A stretch of DNA of 64,000 nt from NCBI RefSeq assembly GCF_964355755.1, contig NC_092678.1:22833365-22897364 (forward strand), read 5' to 3'. The position numbers and the translations under genes were made by a program. Below are positions 1 through 10,857 of this stretch, in pieces. The notes below the pieces were generated by a model. The model was not told where the DNA came from, did no database searches, and saw only the letters and a program-made list of their open reading frames with translations. This stretch comes from Antedon mediterranea (Eukaryota; Animalia; Echinodermata). Every line of letters begins with the position of its first letter. Within the stretch, counting starts at the first letter, position 1.

Positions 1-150
1 ATACGAAAAGGGAGACCTAAATATACGAAAAGGGAGACCCAGTTATACGAAAGGGAGACCCAGTTATACGAAAGGGAGACCCAAATATACAAAATGGGAG
101 ACCCAAATATACGAAAAGGGAGACCATAGGTCTCCCTTTTCGTATTGGGT
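1..150. repeat. Tandem repeat, ~20-21 nt unit (ATACGAAAAGGGAGACCCAA), ending in an inverted copy of the unit
   Basis: About 6 direct copies at 1-126, followed by GTCTCCCTTTTCGTAT (reverse complement of the unit) at ~130-146. Confidence 0.9.
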
Positions 151-267
151 CTCGTGTCAGGTCTCTGGTCTCGGGTCTCTCTAGTTTCGAAACAACCGTT
201 AAAAACAGATGATTTCATTTTTACAGAAACCGGTCCTATATATTTGTCTACTTTTGGATGGGGGAGG

Positions 268-662
268 GGGTTAGTTGACCGGGGGGTAGTTGACCGGGGG
301 GTAGTTGACCGGGGGGTAGTTGACCCGGGGGTAGTTGACCCGGGGGTAGTTATCCTAAGGGGGTAGTTGTCCTAAGGGGGTGGTTGTCCTAAGGGGGTGG
401 TTGTCCGGAGGGTAGTTGTCCGGGGGGTTGTTATCCTAAGGGGGTAGTTGTCCTAAGGGGGTAGTTGTCCGGGGGGTAGTTTTCCGGGGGGGTAGTTGTC
501 CGGGGGGTAGTTGTCCGGGGCGTAGTTGTCCGGGGGGTAGTTGTCCGGGGGGTAGTTGTCCTAAGGGGGTAGTTGTCCTAAGGGGGTAGTTGTCCTAAGG
601 GGGTAGTTGTCCGGGTGGTAAACATCCGGGGGGTAACTGTCTAGGGGGTAGGTGTCCTAGAA
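268..662 (+). repeat. G-rich minisatellite (GGGGGGTAGTTGTCC / CTAAGGGGGTAGTTGTC variants), probably the interior of a non-autonomous repeat element
   Basis: More than 20 consecutive 15-17 nt units with G4-G8 runs, ending GTCCTAGAACC; explains the spurious VDRGV-repeat ORF 145..366. Confidence 0.9.
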
Positions 663-1220
663 CCGTATGATACATGAGTAACAGCGTCATAATATAATGT
701 AGTTTAATAGTTATGTTAACGTAGGCCTACAAATATTATAATAATTATTTTAATTTAATATGCCGATTTTGTTAGGAAATGTGCAGATTTAGTGATATTC
801 TATTCCATTCTTATTGGTTTGAACTTATTTCTTCCATTTTCCAATGAACCATAGCGCTAGGAATTCATTGTGTTTAGTAACACAACGAGACCCTTCACAA
901 TTATTTTATTTGCTCTGCATTGAGTAGGCCTATTGATATTGCAGATTAAATAACGTTAGGTGAACTAAATAAATTGAAAGGATTGTTATGGTACAGTAAG
1001 TCCATTTGTCGTTTATCAAAGATGATGGAGTGGTTATGACCATTGGATTTATTTTGTAATGGTTTGCGCCACCTACAGTTCAATATCATCATTACATTAT
1101 ATGATAATGAATGTTGCATGAGTAGCTCACGTTGTATTGTGTCTCATACATCTATCTTACAGTATTTGTAGTTACATAATATTTGAATGTTCAATCTCAG
1201 AAAATAGAATCTCATCAAAC

Positions 1221-4200
1221 CCTTTTCCCTCTCTTGCACCCGTGCACCCCAATGTTTGGTATTCACTGGATTTGCTAATGATTTCTGTCTAGTATTACTA
1301 GTAAATACAATTAAAACTAGATTTGAACTCGTCACTACGGACGAGTTAGGTTATCCGCAGTGCAAAAGCCACGTGCACGTCATACGTTAGAATAGTGCGC
1401 GCAAAAAAATAAAACGATTATGGCATTGAAAAATGTTAGTGCGCTCTCTATGTTGCGTCGCGTCTAAGTATATACGGTATAACACTATATACTGTATACG
1501 TACTACATACAGTGCAGAATAGGTGAAAATAAGTGACCAAAGTTATTGACGCATTTGAACATGATGACGTCATCACAATTTTTAAAATGGTGGATCATGC
1601 GAAAGGTAATTGATTGATCTAGACAATATAAAAAAATTGAGTGAAATGGAATAAGGATAAGTAGAGATGCGCTCTATTAAATTGACGAGCTATGACGAAA
1701 GAGAAAAAAATCCTATATTTTATATTCGGGTGGCCATACGATGACGTCACAATGTCTGGTTAGCCATATCAATGCATGATTCGAGAAAAACAACTCATCT
1801 ACTTCCAGAATCTGAAATTTTAAATATTTTCACCTCGGAGTTTAGAATCTATGACTGTTTTAAAAAAGGCATAATTTTGACGAATTTTTGAACTTTTTCT
1901 TCAAAAACGCGCGCAAACTGTTCAATTCTACGTGCTCGTATGACGTGATTTTAAGTCGAAATTGATTGAAAATTGGTAAATGTACTAGAAAAGGCTGAAA
2001 AAACAAAAATCAAGCAAAAAAAAGATGTTTTTGCGCTACGTGCGCACGCGCGCGTAAAAAATATGCGCACGCGTGGGAATTTTTGAAATGCTCAAAATGA
2101 CCTGAAACGCGTAGAAAGTTGATTAGAAATGAATTTTTCGCAATTTGAAATTTTAAACGCGCGTGCGCGCGTAACTTTATGTCAAACATGCCATTTTTAA
2201 TCCATAGAAAGTTTGCCCTTGATATGACTTAAATGTTCACTAAGTGTCATTACAAAATGACTTTTGCTTTTTAGTCTATGTTAAATACGCGAAATTCATA
2301 AAATCGCGCGTAGCTTACGCTGCGCGACTCTAAAGTAAAAAAACCAGCTGTCCTGCACTTCTACAGATAGAGGTAAATCTTCTGACAAAGTTATACGATG
2401 TAATGTTGATCAGAATTTGAGATACACGTGACACAAAATTTTGGGAAAGAAAGAAGAATAACATAGAAAAAAAAAAAAAAAAAAAAGATCCTGACAATAA
2501 CAAGAGGTTATCCGCCAAGAGCGGATAACCAATAAAGCCTAAATAAATTTCAAAATCTCATAAATATATTTAACACAACCACTAATAGTATACTGTGTTG
2601 ACTCTAAATTTATTGTGAATAATTTGTTATTTTGAACACCAAAGTGAAGCATACGAGCACTTTTAAATCATGTAACGATATAAACACATAGTCAGTTAAA
2701 GGTTGATTGGTTGATTATAATGGAATGAAAAATTGATAGATTAATTGCCATATTCTGGATTACTTACTGTTATTCACATCAACAGAATTGATTAAATGGT
2801 TGAGTCTATTTCTTTTTAACATCTTAATGAATTCCTTCATGTTTTCTTCCGAGAGAATCTTGTTTCGTTCAAGATCTATGATCAAACTCCAGCTATCTTC
2901 ATAATGTTTAAACATTGTTTCTTCATACATCTCACTTATCTTTGTTGTATCTCTATCTGTCATAGCATTGCCTAGCCGCATTATCTTCTGTCTGTGTTCA
3001 TTAAATTCCAACATTCTCTCTTCTGTTGGTTGTAACATTTCTAATCCTGCTATTATGTGTATTCGGTCCCAGAGTCCATCTTGTTTTGTTACACTAATGG
3101 TATCATATATAAGAGTGGGATTGTTGTGATTCAGTCCTTGATAAGTATACAACAAGTTTAACAAGTACATCATTGACGACGCGTTCTCTAGTTTACCTTT
3201 ATCTGGCACCAAATCTTCGTACAACACTTTAATCATCTTGATTTGGCAAAATTGGTCAAACCAATTTGCCACAGTACTTTTCAACTGTATGAATTGATCG
3301 TCTGTTAAAGCTGTGAGAGTAAAAATACATATCATTGTGTTATTTTATTTCTAATATTTATATTATGATAATGAACAACTGCAACAGAAAACAACCACAC
3401 GGAGTAGTACAGGATGTGACATGTATCCTAAATAACATTAACAATTCTAATATTATTATCTTAAGGTGTGAATAATTAACAACAAAAATGTGCAGACTTT
3501 TATTGTGTTAGCGAGATATTTAAGGTCAAAGGTCAGTGACTTTTATGTAACATTTGATGTCTTATAACTCCTCAACCCCTGGGTTTAAAAGGATAAATGT
3601 AGTGTCATTAGGAGTCACAAAAATAAATACAACTTTTGCAACTTTTTAATAATTCCATTGGTCAGATATACAAGGTCAAGGGTCAATGACTTTATTTAGT
3701 ATATAATGGCTCATAACTATTTAACAACTGCACACAACAGGACAAAAGTGTTCCTGAATCGGTTTTACTGACCACATATATTCTTGATTCACCATCAATG
3801 TTTTTAAAAAATTGTATAAGTTGAATCTAATTAATAAGTACAAATCTTAATTTCTGCCGATGTCATTGTTATTTTATTTTTATATGTTAATATATTGTAT
3901 ATATCCTTTTATAGTTTTAGCTGTTAGTTTTTTTAGGTTTTCAACCTTGTACAAGCTTTTAGCTTTTGTTGTTGATCCTTTTCATCTTTTATGCATTTTA
4001 TCTTTGACATGTTTTATGATTTTTATGTTTTTTTGATGAATAAAATGAATGAAATGAAATGAAATGATTCAGTACATTGTTTGTCTATTTGTGACTTTAT
4101 AGTCAGAGATATATGATAATTCAATACAGGCAGTCATTTTGGATTTTGGCCGCCATTTTGGAAGATCGAAAACTGATTGGCTGGCTTCTAGGCAAAAATC

Positions 4201-4378
4201 AATTTGTAGGTCAAAAGAAGTCTCATGCCAAATTTGGCGCCACTCGCCTTAATCACTATATAATGTCCATTTTCACAAATGGAATAAACATCTAATTGAT
4301 TTAAATGTAAATTATTGAGACCGGGATCTCGTTTTTTACTTATGTTTAGTATATTTTACCTGTTTCTGTTCCTTCCAT
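1221..4378 (-). CDS. tDED gene 'NLR-0': exons 4378-4360 (MEGTET), 3310-2768 (tDED type A), probable linker 1274-1221; no TM or NACHT exon follows within the window
   Basis: ATG exon ends in a phase-1 GTAAAA donor; cag acceptor at 3312-3311; perfect GTAAGT donor at 2767-2766; 543-nt exon in frame. The 54-nt linker (ANPVNTKHWGARVQEREK) has weak splice sites but resembles the NLR-2 linker VQVRERG. Confidence 0.65.
1313..2535 (-). mobile_element. HINE/DINE-1-like (Helentron-associated) non-autonomous element
   Basis: One end has the inverted pair GGTTATCCGC-caaga-GCGGATAACC (2506-2530). The other end has the same subterminal motif, a stem-loop AACTCGTC-actacg-GACGAGTT and a TCTAGTTTT terminus. 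CpG-rich core. Confidence 0.7.
2768..3310 (-). CDS. Tandem DED exon, type A (181 codons, phase 1-1)
   Basis: Two ~85-aa helical units; the second (HRQKIMRLGNAM...WSLIIDLERNKILSEENM) follows the caspase-8/FADD DED pattern; paralog at 35352-35900. Confidence 0.8.
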
Positions 4379-4690
4379 GTTTTCTGGTGAACAAAGGTGG
4401 CGGTTGCTTATATTCAATATAGTATATATAGTATTTTGACAAAAGACTAGTTGCAAAATTGTTCCTGTGCAGTAGACTGAATCTCACAGTTGACATCTAA
4501 AACTCAGTAAAGTAACGATAACTTAACATTGGTGGTGTAGACCTATTAATGTACGTATCTAACTAGATAAATTGTAAGAATAGTCGGTAACATATTGTCG
4601 ACAAGTACTTTTGTTAACAGTATATTAATTCTGTATTATTATATTTCATTGAAGCGACACAGCCACGTCACAATTAATGAATACCAACAA
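4360..4690 (-). promoter_or_regulatory. First-exon/promoter module P1 (copies at ~22974-23370 and ~54585-55010)
   Basis: Conserved blocks such as AAGACTAGTT..CAAAAT.GTT.CTGT and ATTATT.TAT.TCA.TGAAGCG sit just upstream of a splice donor that precedes a tDED exon in three genes. Confidence 0.5.
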
Positions 4691-5423
4691 CCTGATCAAA
4701 AGCCTTATAGTAATATCGTATCAAAAAATAGGTATGGAATGAGGAATTTATAGTCCGGTTTTACACATATATACAGTATTATATTCATTCATTTAAATGA
4801 GTATATAATTGTAACCATATTAGTATTTTGGTATTACTACTTTGGATATATGATGAGGTTGATTAAACATTTAAAACTATACAGAATCTCGACATCCTTG
4901 TGTTCAGTAGAATTGATCGTTTTTCATTAAATGTACCGGTTCACTGAATCATACATAGTATAACTAAATATACGCTTGCTCTATGCTATGTCGGTTTTAG
5001 CTTTGCATTTAGTTTTGCAACTTATGGAATCGATCATAGTATAACATTTTAGGTGGAATATTTTAATCAATCATTGTACTTCTTTTCGGCATTGAAAACT
5101 TCGTGTTCTAGGTCTATTTATAACTAACTAACTAAACTATTTTTCTCCCGCGTATGCTGTTTTTGACGTTTGTTTGTAACGTGATTTCGTTTAAAGAAAT
5201 ATAATAATCATTATCTTACAATGAAATGCCAACAAACTGCCTGTTGAGGGCAGTAGACTAATACATAAAATTATCATTTTCATTTATTACGTATTCTGTA
5301 TTGTTATTTTCAATTATATGTAATTAGGACTACTGTTATAGGAGAATCTTAGAAATGATAAAACCAATAATATGAATTGTGAAATATAACGACATTCAGT
5401 GTACCATTTGGCGTTCTTTAGTT

Positions 5424-5560
5424 AGGCCCATACCACTATAGGCCTATTATCCACTATAGGCCTATACCACTATAGGCCTATTATCCACTATAGGCCTATA
5501 CCACTATAGGGCTATTATCCACTGTAGGCCTATACCACTGACAGTAGGCCTATTATCCAC
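5424..5560. repeat. 34-bp tandem repeat (TACCACTATAGGCCTATTATCCACTATAGGCCTA) x~4
   Basis: Units start at 5431, 5465 and 5499; a dimer of 16+18 nt TAGGCCTA-containing subunits. Confidence 0.9.
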
Positions 5561-5640
5561 CATCGTATTTAAAAAAAATGTTGGTCTATGATGCAAACTG
5601 ACGTCATCTGATTTTTATATTCGAATTATGCTATTATAAA

Positions 5641-6530
5641 AGAAACCCTGTTATTTACACCAACTGTGAACTACTCTATAATGTATATGTATTTACTATT
5701 TATTTATCTCAATTTATTCAATAACGCTAAACTGTTCTTTCCCCAAAGTTAGTCACTTGATGACATTATTTTGCTGTATATTAATTAAATAACAATTATA
5801 GAATCTTCTTTTCAAGCTCTAGTTATATCATCTCATTAACAGAATAAAGGATTTAAAATAAATTTCGCCATTGACATAAAGTTGTTGAATTTCTTCTTAT
5901 AAAATTGTATCACAGATTTTCATTTACAACACTACATTTGAGTTTATACAGACTTTTAATATAATGCCTATACTTCGCCTTATCACTGATATTTCCCAAA
6001 TGTTCTTCGATTTTGAAATTCTTTTTATTCTGACCGATTAGTGTAGCAGTGTTTATTTCCAGAAGAATACGACACATTTCAGTTTGTGTTGAGAATAAAC
6101 GATTTTATTTAACAAATTGTACAAGTTCTGATTAATTATTAAAACAATAAATATCTGAAATATACTGTCACCGTTGACATTTAAGAATTTTATTTTGGAA
6201 AACTTCGAATACGATAAAAGTAGGCAACACAATTTATGTCCAAATACTTCTTTCGTCGTCTAAAGTGAGTGTGCTGCCACCTATATTGATGTGTTCACGC
6301 ATGAGTAAGCTCATTTGCATTCTTTCTTCACCAGATGTATGTTATGTTTATGGAGTTCCAGCCCACGTGTCTGAGATGTGTTTACTATTGCTATATTGTG
6401 CGGATGTTTTTTTAAAGAAATCTAGGCCGGACATTTTTCAAGCCAGGACTCAAGGAGTGAATACGGGGTAAGCTTGCATTAACTTATATTCTTGTTAATG
6501 TAGAACTATTAGGCCTAGCCACATTTTAGT
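5641..6530. repeat. ~0.9 kb intergenic duplication, paralogous to 16524-17420
   Basis: Both start AAACCCTGTTATTTACACCAACTGTGAACTACTC and stay collinear to GGCCTAG.CACATTTTA. Confidence 0.85.
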
Positions 6531-7840
6531 AGTGCAGTGGTTACGTACGAGTACGTACGAGTAAAGTACAGTAGGGCCTGTTAATACTAGACGCATTCTT
6601 ATAGTGTTCTTCCTTGTAGTCGGTAATGCGTGTAACATGAATATTCATATCACTACCTTATTGAATATGCATGATGTCCGCATCGCATATTTACATACGG
6701 AAAAAATGCGTAATAAACAAAATTGTACAATAAATCGAGTCAAATGTAATTTGATCAAGTTATATTATACCCCAAAAAAAAAAGAAAATACACACTCATC
6801 AAACTAATTTATAATTTTTAAAACGATTAATAAAAACCAATAAAATGTATCCTCCGTTTATATAATCGATATTATAAATTAAAATAAAAAATATTAAGGC
6901 CCGACAATGATCGACGATAAATAGATAAATATAGAGTTTTCTTATATAAAACAAAAATATATTAAAAAAGTTTACATTCTGGAACTATATGATAACCATC
7001 TTTAATCCAATCAAATGACATAATGATCAATAAGAAAAATATAACCGTTGTTGTATCGTCACGATATTTTTGTACTAGCTAATCATGACGTCATTTGATT
7101 GTGAAAATATTATATTTGTATCAAACACAGCATAAATGGTTATCTTATAATTCTAGGATAATTTTTTTTGTTTCATGTATATTTTCTAGTTTACGTCGAT
7201 CATTATCGTTGTAGTACAAATGGGACTTTATACTACTTATCATACTGGATACCAATGAAAACAGTGTGGTTATATTTATAACTTACTAAAAACGAAGAAT
7301 CATCATAAAACCATTGTCAAGCACGCCATTTCAATGCTGTAGTTTGAAAATGTTCAACCAAGTAACTGTATAACAGCTTCATTTGAATCACCTTTATTTA
7401 AACATTAAAAAAAAATCTGATTACAGTATCATAATTTTTTCATTTAACTTTTTTACTCGACGTATATATGATGAAGTAGGCTACTATTAATATAATAAAT
7501 AACAATAATAATAATAATTTATTTATTTATTGGGTTTGTTTTATACATAGCCTATATTTAAAATAGATACAAAATCACAAAAATTAGTGATGAATCACAG
7601 GAAGAAAACAAGACCTACCCATTAAAAAAATTGTTTCTTTTCTAAATACTAGCCATGGTCATGAATTGACCTCACTTGTCTTTTACCATACAGTTTTTCT
7701 AATTTATTCATTTATTCTTTTTCTTTTCATTTTTTGTTAAGGCTCGCCCACCACAAGATGTTTTTTTTTTCATCTTCAAGGGCATCTGCATTCATACTCT
7801 TACCTCAGAGTCTTTGCTTTGTACGTTATTATCTTTTATA

Positions 7841-7917
7841 TCAGAGTAGTAAATAAATGTTATGAAACAAGACAATATGAAAGGTTAAAATTAATAATAG
7901 AAAAAGCGAAATGTATC
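7841..7917 (-). pseudogene. Stranded original C-terminal coding tail of NLR-1 (YISLFLLLILTFHIVLFHNIYLLL*)
   Basis: GTTAAAATTAATAATAGAAAAAG.GAAATGTATC matches NLR-5 coding sequence at ~63232-63266; in frame with NLR-1 once 7918-10857 and one TSD copy are removed. Confidence 0.8.
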
Positions 7918-10857
7918 GGAAGTATCAAAATCTCCCTGCTCCAATCCAAGATTTCTTCTAGGCATACCTAAATATCTACTACGTCATCATATATCGTAAT
8001 TTCATCCGTTAGCGGCTGTGTACACCTGTCCTGACAAATAATAAATTTATTATTTGTCATCCGTTAGAGCAGGTAACTATGTACAATGGCATCATAAATT
8101 ACCTGCCCTGACGGATGGCAAATAATACATTTCTTATTTGTCATCCGTCAGAGCAGATAACTATGTACAATGGAATCATAAATTACCTGCCCTGACGGAT
8201 GGCAAATAATACATTTCTTTGTCATCCGTCAGAGCAGGTAGTTGCTATGTAGGCCTACAGTAGAATCATACAATACATGACCTGACGGATGACAAATAAA
8301 TAAATGTCTTAGTTGTCATCCGTCAGGACAGGTAAACAAACGGCTTTATGCACAGTGGATTCTATATATGGGGCATTCCACAGTATTTGGTCCATGGGCT
8401 TAAACATTTCATTTACTGATTTTGATGTAACCCTTGGCCATTTCTCAAAATAGACACATATTGAAGTTTATAATAACATTTTTTTTTATTTTTCTATTTA
8501 TTTTTTAGTTAAATATTAAATATGAAAAAAACATATTTGACGTGGACATTTTTAATCCTATTTATTTCATAGACTATGCATCTTATTACTATTTTTTCAA
8601 CATATATAGTTACTTTATGTATCAATAATACATAATCAAGTATTTAATTACAATTTTGTTTTTTTTTATATTAATTTCATACATGCATTTCAAATTCATA
8701 AATGTCCCGTCCGCGACGATGTAGGCGGTTTTTTTTACATTTATTTTAAAAGTAATGATGCAAAAATCTTGATAATTCATTTTCTCCTCCTGAGCACTAT
8801 ATCTCATTATATTATGAACACATTTTTTTTAAATTTTATATTTTGATGAAAATATCATATTTCAAAAATATATTGTTACAGACGGGACATTTTTGTTACG
8901 GACGGGACATATCATTTAAATCCTAATTATTTCACAAACCATGAATCTTGTAAACATTTTTTTACCAGATATAGCTACTCTATGTTCCTATTGCACATAG
9001 TCAGGCATTTTATAATACATATTTTGTTTATTAAATTTCATATATATATTTCAATAATTGTCCCATCCGCGACATTTTAATAGTAGTTTTATAGTGTTTT
9101 TTACATTTCAGTTACAAGTATTGATACCACAATTTAATATTTTGTTTTCTCATTTTGAAAACTATATGCAATACATTATATACAAATATTTTGAAACTTT
9201 TGCTGAAAATATCATATTCAAAAATATATTGATGACATTTTTCGTAGGAACGGGACAGGCATTTTTGTTAAGAACGGGACATACATTTAAATCCTTTTCA
9301 TTTCATAAAACCATGCATCTTGTTAACATTTCCCCATAAATATATTGTAGTTCAAGTTCAATCAAGTATTTTATTAAATTGTTTATAAATTTAATACTTG
9401 CATTTCAAAGTTCATAATTGTTACTTCTTAGACATTTCGAGTGGGTTTTTTTCCTCACTTGTGTTTGTTGAAGTAATGGTTCCACAATAGTTATTTAATT
9501 CTTAATTTTAAATCTTAATTTTCAACTGCTAAGGATATTTAATTTCAATAGATTTCATTCATCTTTTTATTTCGGAATTAAACAAGTTTTTTAAAACTTG
9601 TATTATGTATTTAAAAAAAACATTACTATAAAAAATTATTGAATGTTACGGATGGTGCATTTTTTTTATGGACGGGATTGCATTATTTTAAGAATTAAAA
9701 AGTGTTTTGTACTGTAGGCTGGTAAGTACTGTACAAAGGTCTTAACTTTTGTTTATTAATCCGGTCTGTGTTTAAAATAACAATCCACAAAAGAACAATA
9801 CCAAAATCCAAAACAACATGACCAGTATGAATGGGAGTATTTGGTGCGGTCATCACTTTGTAGATTTCATTCTTTGTGAATTTGCAACCAAGAACCTTTT
9901 TTTTGTAAATCAGATACTAAATAATTAAGATTTAATTTAAATAGAAATAGGCCTACAGTGATATTAAATCCAAGCAAGGATAGAAGAAAATTTTAGATGC
10001 AACTTGGTTCCACTAACAAATTCAGACGTCAAACGCCAACGCCAATTTTTAAAGATTCGCCTTAAATGTGTTACTATCTTGAACTGTTGTGTAATATGCC
10101 AAGCATAGCTTTTATATTAGTGTAAATAAATATTTTGATAACATTTAACAATATTGCTTCTATTATAACTCTTCGAATAATTAATTTTATAAATAATATT
10201 TCATATTTATGAATTTTAATATTTTCACTTGACATAAACTTTTAAACAGTGTTTCAAAGGTTGAATTATATTTTGATTTGGAAATAAAAGATTACATTGA
10301 TGTAAAAACTTATTTTTTTATTTTTTTAATAGCAAAACAATTTTTTAACGTGGACAAAAGTGTCTTGTCCGCGACGTTAGAAATGTCCCGTCCGTAACGA
10401 CATATACTGTAAATCATATTTATTAATAAATTTGCAGTTAAATTTTTATAATTAACATTCAGTTATCTAAAACAACTATCTGGCAACATAATTATACAAA
10501 ACAAATTTTAAAATCTCTTTTAAATGAGGAGAAATATTACAATACGTAAACCTTCTTAAAAGTCATGTCCATTTGCCGTCCCATCCGTGACGCATACAAT
10601 TTTCAATTTTTTGTATACAGTCTTTTTTCTTTTTTTGACTTTCATAATTAACATTGGCCATATATGTATACATTTATTCTACTTTGAATCTTGTATTTTT
10701 TTTTATTTTTAAGATATGTCTCGTTATATTCTCAAAAATGTCTCGTCCGTCTGTAAAAAAAAAATACTGTGGAATGCACTAAATATGAAGACGTAGTAGG
10801 GAAGTAGGCAATAGTAGAAGAGGTCCTGGATTATAGTAGGGACATTTAGATCCTTCC
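7918..10857. mobile_element. Non-autonomous Mutator-like (MULE) DNA transposon
   Basis: 9-bp TSD AAATGTATC at 7909-7917 and 10858-10866; imperfect long TIRs GGAAGTATCAAAATCTCCCTGCTCCAATCC / GGAAGGATCTAAATGTCCCTACTATAATCC; dispersed GACGGGACA/TGTCCCGTC motifs in both orientations; no transposase ORF. Confidence 0.8.
8020..8340. repeat. ~84-bp palindromic tandem array nested in the left TIR of the MULE-like element
   Basis: Units start at ~8056, 8140, 8221 and 8315; each contains TGTCATCCGTCAGAGCAGGTAA and its near reverse complement TTACCTGCCCTGACGGATGGCA. Confidence 0.8.

Noticed and set aside
145-366. 73-aa ORF with VDRGV repeats
   Set aside because: Translation of the G-rich minisatellite; starts at TTG; no splice or homology support
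1-662. CRISPR-like or telomeric array
   Set aside because: Units are contiguous with no unique spacers, are not TTAGGG, and the context is eukaryotic
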